A stretch of DNA of 64,000 nucleotides from a virus. The position numbers were made by a program, and so were the translations under genes. The stretch lies in IMG/VR virus record IMGVR_UViG_3300025892_000009; one strand, 5' to 3'. The notes under the pieces are model-generated. The model ran no database searches and had not been told where the DNA came from. It saw only the letters and a list, made by a program, of their open reading frames with translations. This document shows, piece after piece, positions 44,719 through 53,684 of this stretch; the first letter of the stretch is position 1; the number at the start of each line of letters is the position of its first letter.

Positions 44719-45668
44719 TGTCACAATTCTTCTCCTACTTACCTGATGTATTTGTCAGGTCATCAAGTTATCGCAATAATAACGTAGATCCCTACGTTTT
44801 AGCGAAAAATATCTTCAGACGAATAAAAATTCGTGAGGATTTGGATGATATTATTTTGGGATTCTCTCAATATACCATCCAAAATAATGAAAGACCTGAT
44901 CAAATAGCATACGATGTCTATGGTCAGATGGAATATGATTGGGTCATACTACTCACCAATAATATCATCAATATCTATGATGAGTGGCCTATGACTGAGC
45001 ATGAAATGTATAATTACATGGTCAGAAAATATGGAACATCTCTTGTAGATAGTGTACATCATTGGGTCACTCAAGAAGTAAAAACTCCTGGACCTAAGGG
45101 TAGAATTATTCTTAAAGGTGGCATTCAAGTACCTGAAGACTTCACATATCGTACTTCAACTGGCACACTAGTTCCTAAATCTGAATTAGTGCGTCCAATA
45201 AGTAATTATGACTATGAAAGTGAAATTAATAACTACAAGAGAAATATCTATCTCTTGCGACCAGAATTTGTTTCTCAATTTATTGAAGAATTTGAAGAAT
45301 TGGTGAGTTATCTACCTTCTGTCGAAAACTCTCCCGATAGTGCTGCTAAGAGATCTCCAAATACTGTTAGAGAAGAGTTTATACCAGTCAAACCTACATA
45401 TCAATCACTGGTGGGTCAAATTTCTTCTATCGACTTTGCTACCGAGCAAGAGTTTACGTCTAGGACTGTTACTCTTGCTGGTGCATCTATTGAGCAAGGT
45501 GATGTATTGGCAGATGGATCTACAGTTGCAACAACTAGTAGTAGCACCAGTGCAGTTACTGAATCTGCAGGTACCTCCTCAGAGGTAGTTACCAATCAAT
45601 ATGGCAGTGCAGGATCTTCATCTGGACAGACAAGTAGCGGATCTAGCAGCAGTAGTGGTGGTTATTAA
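44718..45668 (+). CDS. gp53: Baseplate wedge subunit gp53
   Basis: KNIFRR, ERPDQIAYDVYG..YDWVILLTNNIIN..EWP, KRNIYLLRP; Ser-rich C-terminal extension. Confidence 0.92.
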   Translation: MSQFFSYLPDVFVRSSSYRNNNVDPYVLAKNIFRRIKIREDLDDIILGFSQYTIQNNERPDQIAYDVYGQMEYDWVILLTNNIINIYDEWPMTEHEMYNYMVRKYGTSLVDSVHHWVTQEVKTPGPKGRIILKGGIQVPEDFTYRTSTGTLVPKSELVRPISNYDYESEINNYKRNIYLLRPEFVSQFIEEFEELVSYLPSVENSPDSAAKRSPNTVREEFIPVKPTYQSLVGQISSIDFATEQEFTSRTVTLAGASIEQGDVLADGSTVATTSSSTSAVTESAGTSSEVVTNQYGSAGSSSGQTSSGSSSSSGGY

Positions 45669-45907
45669 CTAGATACTAACATTCCTTGCTCTTGAAGGAA
45701 GTGAAGCGTATCATGCATATTTCCAATATGCTTATATCCTAAAGATACTTGGGGATATGTAGCATTTTCACCAAATTCTGCTTCAAACGATCTTTGAGTA
45801 AAGTGATTATTGAGTTTATACTCATGAAAATCACCTCCTAGGGATTTTAGGAGAGATACCATTCTCTCACATTCTTGACTGCCATTCGAGTAGATTACTG
45901 CTTGCAT
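45665..45907 (-). CDS. Glutaredoxin-like protein (single Cys)
   Basis: VIYS...C...ATYPQV..G..HIG thioredoxin-fold pattern; SQEC in place of CxxC. Confidence 0.7.
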   Translation of the reverse strand: MQAVIYSNGSQECERMVSLLKSLGGDFHEYKLNNHFTQRSFEAEFGENATYPQVSLGYKHIGNMHDTLHFLQEQGMLVSS

Positions 45908-46098
45908 GTGTCTTCTTTGTAAGTAATAGTGATTTGATTGTATACTTCATCTCGATTGTCGCTGTTATAAACACGACAACGTTTGATGTCAGCATCTAAT
46001 ATATTTACAACATTACCTAGTTGATGCTCAACTATAAATTTCTTGAAACCCTCATCCATCCAAGATTTGTTAGATCCTGGTAAGTTAAAATCATCCAT
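45895..46098 (-). CDS. Hypothetical protein (MDDFNLPGSNKSWMD...)
   Basis: ORF track 45895..46125; likely ATG at 46098. Confidence 0.6.
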   Translation of the reverse strand: MDDFNLPGSNKSWMDEGFKKFIVEHQLGNVVNILDADIKRCRVYNSDNRDEVYNQITITYKEDTCKQ

Positions 46099-46372
46099 TG
46101 TCAATACCTTTAGGAAAGTTTTCAATTTCGGTCAGTTCGTAGTCCCAGTCTTCCATGACTGTGTTGGCAAGAAATCTATCAGATAGCATTTCGAGTTCCT
46201 TCTCAGCATACTCTCTGCTCTCTGCTTCTAACCAAACATCAATTACCTTACCAAGTCTAAGTTTCTTGATATCCAACTCAGACAATCGCTTACAGGCATC
46301 TCTCACGGCATTTCCAGGAGAGTCATCAACCTGTGATCGTAGTCGGACAAATACTAATGCTTTAAATTTCAT
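46091..46372 (-). CDS. purS: Phosphoribosylformylglycinamidine synthase subunit PurS
   Basis: V-LR..V-DSPGNAV...RLGKVI...LANTVME; ATG at 46372. Confidence 0.85.
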   Translation of the reverse strand: MKFKALVFVRLRSQVDDSPGNAVRDACKRLSELDIKKLRLGKVIDVWLEAESREYAEKELEMLSDRFLANTVMEDWDYELTEIENFPKGIDNG

Positions 46373-46578
46373 AACAAATGTGATACCGAAATAACTAGAA
46401 GGAATGTAACCATAATAACGATGTCCCAAGATTTTGTCCTTACAAAGTAAGGAATTGAAATGCTGTCACCCACCATCTGAATTACTACACCAAGTGTTGT
46501 ATTGATATGGAGGATAGTAAAGTAAGCAATGATTACAAGACCACTACCCAATACTCTCATTGGAACAGTAATATTCAT
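46369..46578 (-). CDS. Small membrane protein
   Basis: 69 aa with about three hydrophobic segments. Confidence 0.6.
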   Translation of the reverse strand: MNITVPMRVLGSGLVIIAYFTILHINTTLGVVIQMVGDSISIPYFVRTKSWDIVIMVTFLLVISVSHLL

Positions 46579-46684
46579 TATTCTTTTTCACCCAACAAGG
46601 TTTGCAAAGAGGAATCATCCTCAATTGAGGACACTGATTCGCTGGCACCATCTTACCACACCCAGAGCATTTTGTCTCCCACAT
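46544..46684 (-). CDS. Small Cys-rich (CxxC...CxxC) protein, 46 aa
   Basis: Translated by hand: MWETKCSGCGKMVPANQCPQLRMIPLCKPCW... Confidence 0.5.
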   Translation of the reverse strand: MWETKCSGCGKMVPANQCPQLRMIPLCKPCWVKKNNEYYCSNESIG

Positions 46685-46686
46685 TT

Positions 46687-47166
46687 TCATTTGTTTCCTT
46701 TCTTCATGTTTTCATAACCACTCAACCATTGTAAATTATCCAAATGGTGGAAGGTAGGTTTTGAATTATCGGGATCAATGTGGTCTACCTGCATAGAAAA
46801 TTTGATATATTTTTTTGCTATTTGAGGAATAGAATCCCATATATCAACCAATTCTTCTGGAAGATTTTCTTCAAATGGTTTGAAGGTCTCCATCAATGCT
46901 CTATGAGACTGGACACCAAATGCTGCGTATCCACTATCATACTGCCTGTAAGTATGAAGTTTACTCAATCGATAGAGAATATATTTTCCCAGCTTTGTTC
47001 CTGTTCTCTTTACCATAGGACTACCATAGCATACATTTTCCAGAGATAGATCACTATATCGATTCAAGTGCGATTTTCTAGTAGAAAACAATTCTCCTTG
47101 TGTGTTGATATAATATCCAGGACATGTATGCCCCTCATAAACTAATTCTTCAATTTCATTTTTCAC
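46687..47166 (-). mobile_element. Free-standing HNH homing endonuclease gene
   Basis: QVDHID...HHLDNLQWLSGYEN HNH motif; NUMOD4-like N-terminus (YYINTQGELFS). Confidence 0.8.
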
Positions 47167-47462
47167 AATGTTCTTTCTAATCTATTTGTTGCTTGGTCTG
47201 GGAAGTCTCTAGGACGACTATCACCAGCATTATCAGTTCTAGCAGAACCTTCATTCGCCTTCATTGTATGCTGATAGTTTGCTCTCGGATATCTGATACA
47301 GAATGGATCAGGCATCCAGTATGTTACCTGCCATTCTTGTTCAGGATTTAACTCAAGATGTTTCTCCACACTGTGAGAGAAAATACCGAGTTGGATGTAT
47401 CCATCATGACTGACACATCTACCATCACCAATGTCAACTAGGAATAGCATCTTACTACTCAT
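47163..47462 (-). CDS. Cyanophage hypothetical protein
   Basis: 99-aa ORF (MSSKMLFLVDIGDGRC...). Confidence 0.7.
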   Translation of the reverse strand: MSSKMLFLVDIGDGRCVSHDGYIQLGIFSHSVEKHLELNPEQEWQVTYWMPDPFCIRYPRANYQHTMKANEGSARTDNAGDSRPRDFPDQATNRLERTL

Positions 47463-47683
47463 AACACTTCTTGCTCTGGATTAAGATTTTTCACGAATTG
47501 CTCAGGATCCTTTTCTGACTTGTGTACCCAATGATACCGCATCATCTCAAAAATAGGGTCCCATGTGCAGATACAAACATAATCCTTCATGTATGTTTCG
47601 CTGCCAGTGCTTTCAGTTCCTTCGCTGTTAATTTATTCAACTGCTCTGTAAAGTGATCGAGCAGCAATTGTTTGTATTGTTTC

Positions 47684-47878
47684 TTAGTCATTGTATTGTT
47701 TAATTAATCTTGCAACTTGTTTCCTATCAGTTCCCTCAGGAGCATTTCGCAAACATCGCAAAATACACTCAGTATCTGTGATAGTGGGTTTTATCGTAAA
47801 TCCCCATTTATCAACTTCACCTTCAGTAGGTGCTTCGCATGGATCAAATTCATGTGGCATCAGTCTCGCTGTCTCCAA
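47684..47878 (-). CDS. Hypothetical protein
   Basis: 64-aa ORF (…DPCEAP…DKWGFTIKP…). Confidence 0.6.
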   Translation of the reverse strand: METARLMPHEFDPCEAPTEGEVDKWGFTIKPTITDTECILRCLRNAPEGTDRKQVARLIKQYND

Positions 47879-48174
47879 TCTGAAGGTTTGTCTTGTTTAA
47901 ACCAATCTTTGATATCGTCAGCACTACTAAATCCCGTTTTATGATTGGATGGGTCGGGATCACCTAATCCCATCCTATTCAGAAAATCGTCTGTGCTGCC
48001 TTCTTCAATCTGTTGTGTGATTTGGCGTCTTGCCATCTTCAACATTTCACTGGCCGATGTATTTGCCTTTGCAAGTTTATTTGCCCAGATCATATCATCT
48101 AGTTTTACCTCTTCTCCATTTGCAATACATTTGCAAATGAATTCCATGCGTAGGCGATAAGCAGTTGATAACAT
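47860..48174 (-). CDS. Cyanophage hypothetical protein (MLSTAYRLRMEFIC...)
   Basis: 104-aa ORF; late promoter CATAAATA at 48197-48204. Confidence 0.75.
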   Translation of the reverse strand: MLSTAYRLRMEFICKCIANGEEVKLDDMIWANKLAKANTSASEMLKMARRQITQQIEEGSTDDFLNRMGLGDPDPSNHKTGFSSADDIKDWFKQDKPSDWRQRD

Positions 48175-48221
48175 TAATTACACCCTTTATCATTGATATT
48201 TATGAAAAACCCCCAGACGAA

Positions 48222-48253
48222 AAAATACCCCGAGTTTTTTTTCGGGGTATTTT
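48222..48253. terminator. Intrinsic terminator (12-bp stem) after the gp32 transcription unit
   Basis: aaaataccccga-gttttttt-tcggggtatttt. Confidence 0.75.
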
Positions 48254-48274
48254 GAAACTAAAAGTCGGATTTGG

Positions 48275-48526
48275 TTAGCAAGGTCTATATCGAATACTAT
48301 CTCTAGTTTCGTAATGACCTTCAACATATCTGTGAGCACCTAACCAGTAACCAGGAATCCATCTCCTCCTGGTTACAACATACTCACAGGTCCTACGTGG
48401 ACGATACTCCCGATAGTGATGGTGATGGTGACCATCATTAAATGGTTCCCAAAACTCCCCCCAAGTTATAGCACTAGCAGGGGATGCTGTTAACAATATC
48501 AAGGGGAGAGCAAGGAGTTTCATCAA
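48275..48526 (-). CDS. Small secreted hypothetical protein
   Basis: Signal peptide ending ASA, His run, WIPGYW motif. Confidence 0.6.
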   Translation of the reverse strand: MMKLLALPLILLTASPASAITWGEFWEPFNDGHHHHHYREYRPRRTCEYVVTRRRWIPGYWLGAHRYVEGHYETRDSIRYRPC

Positions 48527-49428
48527 TCTTCAGCAGCGAGGGCAGCAAAGTAGGACAGGTCAGGTGAATCTGACTCTTCTACTTTATCACCAAAACCACT
48601 AGGTGTGGGATCTGCTTGGACCACTGGGTCATTTGTCACAAAGGAAGTGACTTGCTCATCTTCTTCAGTGAAGCGAGTTTGAGTAGGACGTGATGTCTTA
48701 CCAAGCACCATGTTGAGACGCTCTTCCAACTTCTCATATGACTTGAATGCACTGGGATCAGTAAACTCCTTCAGAGAGTACTGTGACTTCCAGATATCTT
48801 CAAGTTTTTCATCATCAAATCCACCAAGAGTTGCTGGACCAGCGAAGTCCGACTTATCATAATTCCAAAAACCACCGATGGTTTGGATCTTGATACGGAA
48901 GTCAGCACCTTTCCACATATCGAAAGGATTGATAGGATCTTCATCTTCAAATGTAGGTTGCATGGCAGACACGATCTTGTCGTGGATTTTCTTACCATAC
49001 TTGTAAAGGAATACTTTACCCTCATTGTCAGGGTTAAGTTGATCCTTCACAACATAGACGTTACTGTAGTATGACAGTTTACGCTTCTGTTTACGAGCAA
49101 TCTCTTTGTCACTCTCAACTCCGCTATTCCAGAGAGTGCGATTCAATTCACCAACTGGATCTTTCTGACCCAAAGTAGTGAGAGAGTTTTCAATATACCA
49201 ACCACCAGTGCCTTGGAAGGCATGTGACCAGACTTGTGCCCATGGAAGATCTTCACCATCAGGCTCGGGCAGGAATCGGACAACGGAATAACCGTTTCCA
49301 GACTTGTCCACTCCAGGTTTCCAGAGTCGCTCATCAGGACCTGCACCCTGAGGCTTAGACATCTTCTCAATCTGCTTGGTCAACTTATCAAAGGACCCAG
49401 ACTTAGACTTGAGACTTGCGAAAGACAT
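48523..49428 (-). CDS. gp32: Single-stranded DNA-binding protein gp32
   Basis: DERLWKP...GNGY-VVRFLP...HAFQG-GGWYIENSLTT...RKQKRKLSYYSN...NYDKS-F; acidic tail. Confidence 0.96.
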   Translation of the reverse strand: MSFASLKSKSGSFDKLTKQIEKMSKPQGAGPDERLWKPGVDKSGNGYSVVRFLPEPDGEDLPWAQVWSHAFQGTGGWYIENSLTTLGQKDPVGELNRTLWNSGVESDKEIARKQKRKLSYYSNVYVVKDQLNPDNEGKVFLYKYGKKIHDKIVSAMQPTFEDEDPINPFDMWKGADFRIKIQTIGGFWNYDKSDFAGPATLGGFDDEKLEDIWKSQYSLKEFTDPSAFKSYEKLEERLNMVLGKTSRPTQTRFTEEDEQVTSFVTNDPVVQADPTPSGFGDKVEESDSPDLSYFAALAAED

Positions 49429-49504
49429 TGTATTCTCCGTATTTTAGTGTGTGTGTTGTGTGATGTTGGGTCTTACGCTTAATACTGTGCTGCCCAACGA
49501 ATGT

Positions 49505-49533
49505 ATAGTATCAGGACCGACGATCTCTGTCAA
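49505..49533 (-). promoter_or_regulatory. Sigma70-like promoter of gp32
   Basis: TTGACA (49528-49533)-N17-TACTAT (49505-49510). Confidence 0.75.
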
Positions 49534-49672
49534 CCTGCTGTGTGCGGTTTATGATCAGGACCTTGTGACCATCATGAGTAAACTGCAGCTCATCATCGGG
49601 ATGCCACAGCAACTCTTCATATAGGTCATCAAGTTTCTGCATATCTTCATAGAGTTGATTGGGGTTAGTCAT
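49511..49672 (-). CDS. Small hypothetical protein (53 aa, MTNPNQLYEDMQKL...)
   Basis: Translated by hand; overlaps the stop of the upstream gene. Confidence 0.55.
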   Translation of the reverse strand: MTNPNQLYEDMQKLDDLYEELLWHPDDELQFTHDGHKVLIINRTQQVDRDRRS

Positions 49673-50024
49673 TTTTCAATTCCTTCCTCCAACCTTGCAG
49701 TTTATCCTCCATACTCTGAAGGATCATCATTAGATCCATACCACCTGAGTATTGTTTGGACATAGTATCGATACGATCTCTAACAAATTCTGCTTCTTCA
49801 GATGCATCATCCTGACCTATGCCATGGGATGCCAAAGCAAGACGAGCGTAAAATACTTTTTGTTTTGCGATCAACTCTAGTGTTTTCTCGATGTGATCGA
49901 GTCTTTCTTCTGGAGAGAAGTCGGATAGACCTGCTGACATTTTTAGCAGGTCTGAATATGTTTTTTCAATATCTTGAAGCTCGTCTCTTACTGCTTCAGA
50001 TTGAAAGAATGTATCTTCTGTCAT
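49665..50024 (-). CDS. Cyanophage conserved helical protein (DUF1825-like)
   Basis: FFQSEAV...HIE....LI-KQKVFYARL-L pattern next to gp33. Confidence 0.65.
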   Translation of the reverse strand: MTEDTFFQSEAVRDELQDIEKTYSDLLKMSAGLSDFSPEERLDHIEKTLELIAKQKVFYARLALASHGIGQDDASEEAEFVRDRIDTMSKQYSGGMDLMMILQSMEDKLQGWRKELKND

Positions 50025-50266
50025 AAAGGAAGTACTCCTCTGCTTGTACGTTTCATGTAATTAAGTTGTTGAGCATCCCATTTGATTTTATCCTTGAGAG
50101 GTTTTGAGATCAGTTTACTAATAGTTTCAACTTCAATTTCAAATTCTTCACAGATAGAAGCAACTGCTTCAATATAATTGATTAGTCCGTTGCTTTCTTT
50201 GACGCGATACTCAACCAACGAAGTGAATTTACCTTGTGTCATAAACTTTTCTTCAATTTCTTTCAT
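50021..50266 (-). CDS. gp33: Late transcription coactivator gp33
   Basis: NYIEAVASICEE..IEVETISKLISKPLKDKI..DA..LNYMK. Confidence 0.88.
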   Translation of the reverse strand: MKEIEEKFMTQGKFTSLVEYRVKESNGLINYIEAVASICEEFEIEVETISKLISKPLKDKIKWDAQQLNYMKRTSRGVLPL

Positions 50267-50937
50267 TTAATACCCTCGACATAGTAGTGATAGTCATGAA
50301 TCCATTCGCAAAGGGTATCAATGTAAGGTATTTTATCATACTTTTGGGCAACTTGGGTTTCTCCTGACTCAGCGACAGAGAGTGTAACAAGTTTAGTAAC
50401 TTCAATACCTGTCAATTCATAATACATGTATGCATATGCTGCTTCTTGGACAAAAAACTTATAGAGATGCTCTTCTTTTTTAAGTTTTGTCGTAGTCTTG
50501 AAGTCAATTATAGCAAGCTCGCCATCATAGTCAGCAATACAATCAACCCGCCCAGCAATACCAAGGCGACGAGAGTAAAGAGGGGCTTCAAGAATGTGAA
50601 TATTAGAAATAAGATCAAGATTCTTACGAGAAGCCCCAAATAAGTACTTGGGAAGACCCTCGCTTTTTTTAACTTTTTCCAAGTCATTATTAAGATAGTG
50701 CTCCACTATAGAATGATATTTAGTGCCTCTACTAGAAGCAGCACGACGGATTCTCTCCGCTTCACTGTAACCTACTCGTTTTTCCCAAGCAAGGATGCCT
50801 TGCTTCGACTGGTGTCCAACTACAGTAGTGATGCTAGGCATCCACTGATCATCAATCTTATAAAATCTTCCGTGAGGAAGTGTCCTGCTATCCAATTCTT
50901 CAAGAGGAGAGGCAGGACCCACATAGTTAAACAGCAT
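50263..50937 (-). CDS. PD-(D/E)xK exonuclease (T4-like exonuclease A family)
   Basis: PSITTV, RGTKYH, AGRVDCIA..DGELAIIDFKT, Q-AAY. Confidence 0.88.
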   Translation of the reverse strand: MLFNYVGPASPLEELDSRTLPHGRFYKIDDQWMPSITTVVGHQSKQGILAWEKRVGYSEAERIRRAASSRGTKYHSIVEHYLNNDLEKVKKSEGLPKYLFGASRKNLDLISNIHILEAPLYSRRLGIAGRVDCIADYDGELAIIDFKTTTKLKKEEHLYKFFVQEAAYAYMYYELTGIEVTKLVTLSVAESGETQVAQKYDKIPYIDTLCEWIHDYHYYVEGIK

Positions 50938-51695
50938 CAGCTAAATCCAAGGTTAATTTTACTAATTAGATACTCGCGCACTAAACCTGATCTGACAATA
51001 TCTTCTATGCCAAATTCAATACAATCAAATGATGGCATAGACTGCAAGATCTTCATGAAGTCTAGCACACCTGTCCTCTCATTGCTCTTAACTAAGTCGG
51101 ACTGACTGTAGTCACCAGAGAAAATAATCTTAGAGTCTTCACCCACACGAGTGACAATAGAATCTAACTCATGAAAGTTTAGATTAGAAAACTCATCAAC
51201 AATAATAATACATCTATCCATAGTGACACCACGGATAAAGGATGTAGACCAGAAAGAGACAGTCTCTTGTGATCTTAGGTTATCATATAGACTTTCAAAT
51301 GCATTATCGTCTGGCATCTCAAACATATACTTCACCATATTCTTATAGGGAATTTGGTAAAGATTACTTTTGTCCTCATGATCTCCTGGTAGGAAACCAA
51401 TCTCTCTAGTAGGGACTAGAGACCTCACCATATAAACCTTTTCATATGGTGTAGAAGGATCTAATACCTGCTGCAATGCAAGATAGAGACTAATAAAAGT
51501 CTTACCTGTACCAGCAGCACCATGCAAAACCAGATTCTTACCCTCACCATATGATTCAAAGACCTTTTCCTGATTCTCAGTGAGAGGCTCAATGACTTTA
51601 AGATGGTCTAGATTGATAGGTTTCTTACGTCGCATCTGTTTGACACTCATGGATGACCCATTAGTTGGTGTCTTGCGCTTTCTTGCTGCAGGCAT
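50937..51695 (-). CDS. phoH: PhoH-like ATPase
   Basis: GAAGTGKT, IGFLPG, FIRG-T, IIVDEFSN, GDYSQSD, IVRSGLV. Confidence 0.95.
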   Translation of the reverse strand: MPAARKRKTPTNGSSMSVKQMRRKKPINLDHLKVIEPLTENQEKVFESYGEGKNLVLHGAAGTGKTFISLYLALQQVLDPSTPYEKVYMVRSLVPTREIGFLPGDHEDKSNLYQIPYKNMVKYMFEMPDDNAFESLYDNLRSQETVSFWSTSFIRGVTMDRCIIIVDEFSNLNFHELDSIVTRVGEDSKIIFSGDYSQSDLVKSNERTGVLDFMKILQSMPSFDCIEFGIEDIVRSGLVREYLISKINLGFS

Positions 51696-51700
51696 AATTT

Positions 51701-51931
51701 TTATGTAAAACGACTCAGGTTTGCTGCAGGGTGTGCAGTTTGGACTTTAGACATTACTTCTTTAAATCCTTCGGACTGTTTAGGATCTCCATAGGTGGTG
51801 CCAGCGACACCAGCCATCCAATCTTTATCCCACTCAGGATTATCATCGCGCCATTGACCATACTCACGCATAGTCATTGAGAATTCTTTCTTCTCACCAG
51901 TCTCTTTATTTATTACGTTATATGTAGGCAT
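51701..51931 (-). CDS. Cyanophage hypothetical protein (MPTYNVINKETGE...)
   Basis: 76-aa ORF between thyX and phoH. Confidence 0.75.
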   Translation of the reverse strand: MPTYNVINKETGEKKEFSMTMREYGQWRDDNPEWDKDWMAGVAGTTYGDPKQSEGFKEVMSKVQTAHPAANLSRFT

Positions 51932-51939
51932 TAGTTCTA

Positions 51940-52668
51940 TTACTCAATCTTTAAACATGGTTGAATGTCATCTCTATATGTATCATTACATTCACAGTCC
52001 TCTGAGCACCAGTCTAGTGCCTTAGAGATGGTAGGAAACTGACATACGAAATGTTGCTTACACAATTCTGCGATCTCCATGTGCTCCTTCTGTGTGCCGT
52101 TAGCAGTCCTCAGAGTGATGTAATGCATCCATGAACGCAAATTTCCAGTCATGTAAATTTTTGTTGGCGTTGCCAAAGGAAGCACAAAACGAGCACATTC
52201 CTTTGCAATACCCTCACGGAGCAATTCATTATAAAGATCCATACCTTCAATAAAGTATTGATGGATCCGACCCTGCAAGAATTGCTTTTGCAATGGATCT
52301 ACATCATCGATACTATTCTGACGATTCTTAGTGTCCTGCGAGCGAAGATCTGGGACAGGAATTGCAGCACTAAGAAGGTTAGTGTCTGCATATCGTTGTG
52401 AAAATTCTTGAAATGTGAAACTCCTATGACGGAGCACTTGAGCTGCCAGACCACGAGTAGTATTAATTTCTAGTGTCATGTGTGCTTGCTCAAAAATGCT
52501 CCAATGACCATGCTTGATGCAATACTTAAGAAGACCTTCCACTTTAGGATTGTCTTGATTGTTTGGGTTACTTACGCGAGCGATGTAACCAATAGTTTTT
52601 TCTGCATCAGGAGTGACTGATAACAAACAAACTTTAGCTGATGATACTTCAGGATTTAATTCAGTCAT
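51940..52668 (-). CDS. thyX: Flavin-dependent thymidylate synthase
   Basis: GHWSIFE, QVLRHRSFTFQEFSQRY, ECARFVLP, NLRSWMHY; likely ATG at 52668. Confidence 0.95.
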   Translation of the reverse strand: MTELNPEVSSAKVCLLSVTPDAEKTIGYIARVSNPNNQDNPKVEGLLKYCIKHGHWSIFEQAHMTLEINTTRGLAAQVLRHRSFTFQEFSQRYADTNLLSAAIPVPDLRSQDTKNRQNSIDDVDPLQKQFLQGRIHQYFIEGMDLYNELLREGIAKECARFVLPLATPTKIYMTGNLRSWMHYITLRTANGTQKEHMEIAELCKQHFVCQFPTISKALDWCSEDCECNDTYRDDIQPCLKIE

Positions 52669-52948
52669 GCTTAAATAAAATTTTAGTGATTGCATACAGT
52701 GCCGCTGCTTGGAAGTATCCAATCGCAGCAATACCAAAGATAGATGGCACTACCCAATTCCACAGTAACATAAGGAGAGCAGGAATGACAATCAATCCTG
52801 CAATATTACCCACAATGTATGCACCAGTGGCGACATTTTCTGCCCTTTCCGTTGCTTCTTTCTCTTCTTTTTGATCGGTAATAATTGTTTCCATTTTTTG
52901 CTCCCATGCTTTTTTCACATCGAAGTAAACGTCACTATCTCCTTTCAT
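52661..52948 (-). CDS. Hypothetical membrane protein
   Basis: Two hydrophobic C-terminal helices (LWNWVVPSIFG). Confidence 0.65.
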   Translation of the reverse strand: MKGDSDVYFDVKKAWEQKMETIITDQKEEKEATERAENVATGAYIVGNIAGLIVIPALLMLLWNWVVPSIFGIAAIGYFQAAALYAITKILFKHD

Positions 52949-53249
52949 TTTTCTTCTTTGACTCTCGGTTGATTTCTTCTTCTGACTTCCATAGTTTAGG
53001 ATTGCGAGTGCCCTCCGTATACTCTAGTTTCGTCAAGACATTTCCAAGTATATCATAGTATGCATTGAAAATGTCCACACTTAAACCCGATACAATATCA
53101 TGCCAGGTTTCTTCACCCTTAACTAAGGTAAGAAGATAGCAATTGTTAGGTAAAGACTTATCTTTAGCGTCTTCAGGTGTACAATTGGTTTTAAGTATCT
53201 TAATACCATAAGCATTAATAGATGCTACCTGTTGATCATTGAGTGTCAA
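52935..53249 (-). CDS. T4-like cyanophage hypothetical protein
   Basis: 104-aa ORF ending GTRNPKLW. Confidence 0.7.
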   Translation of the reverse strand: MTLNDQQVASINAYGIKILKTNCTPEDAKDKSLPNNCYLLTLVKGEETWHDIVSGLSVDIFNAYYDILGNVLTKLEYTEGTRNPKLWKSEEEINRESKKKNERR

Positions 53250-53683
53250 GATCTATTACCCCACTCAATGCTCGGGAATGCTTCTTTAACTACTGCAAGA
53301 GTAACCCGATACTTCTTATGCAATGTTTTATTTACTGCTTTGACTAGGACTTCTGCTTCAGATTCATGAAGTCCTTCTAGCATTTGAAGAAACATATTCT
53401 CAATCTTCATGTTTGAGAGAGTATCATCTCCACCCTTAAAGAATCGATACAACTTCTTAGTCTCTTGCTCCAGGATAGTGTGCTCTGTGCCCATAGGAGC
53501 GTCGTTAGGGCGATATGGGACATCTTCACCTAGAGGGACGCGAGCAACGATAGAGTCGTCGAAATTAATGATTAAGATAGATCGCAATGCAGGAGAGTTA
53601 TTCTCCTTCAATACTGCAATCTTTGCTGCTTTAGTCTTGGCGCTGTGTGCTTTCTGCAACACCTCAGAAATTAATAGTTTCAT
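53246..53683 (-). CDS. T4-like cyanophage conserved hypothetical protein
   Basis: ISEVLQK...LRSILIINFD...YRPND...F-QMLEGLH--EAE; adjacent to rnh. Confidence 0.75.
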   Translation of the reverse strand: MKLLISEVLQKAHSAKTKAAKIAVLKENNSPALRSILIINFDDSIVARVPLGEDVPYRPNDAPMGTEHTILEQETKKLYRFFKGGDDTLSNMKIENMFLQMLEGLHESEAEVLVKAVNKTLHKKYRVTLAVVKEAFPSIEWGNRS

Positions 53684-53684
53684 G

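Noticed and set aside
51940-52668. Self-splicing intron or intein in thyX (or in psbD, phoH, gp32)
   Set aside because: The reading frames are continuous and of normal length, with no intein or intron signatures.
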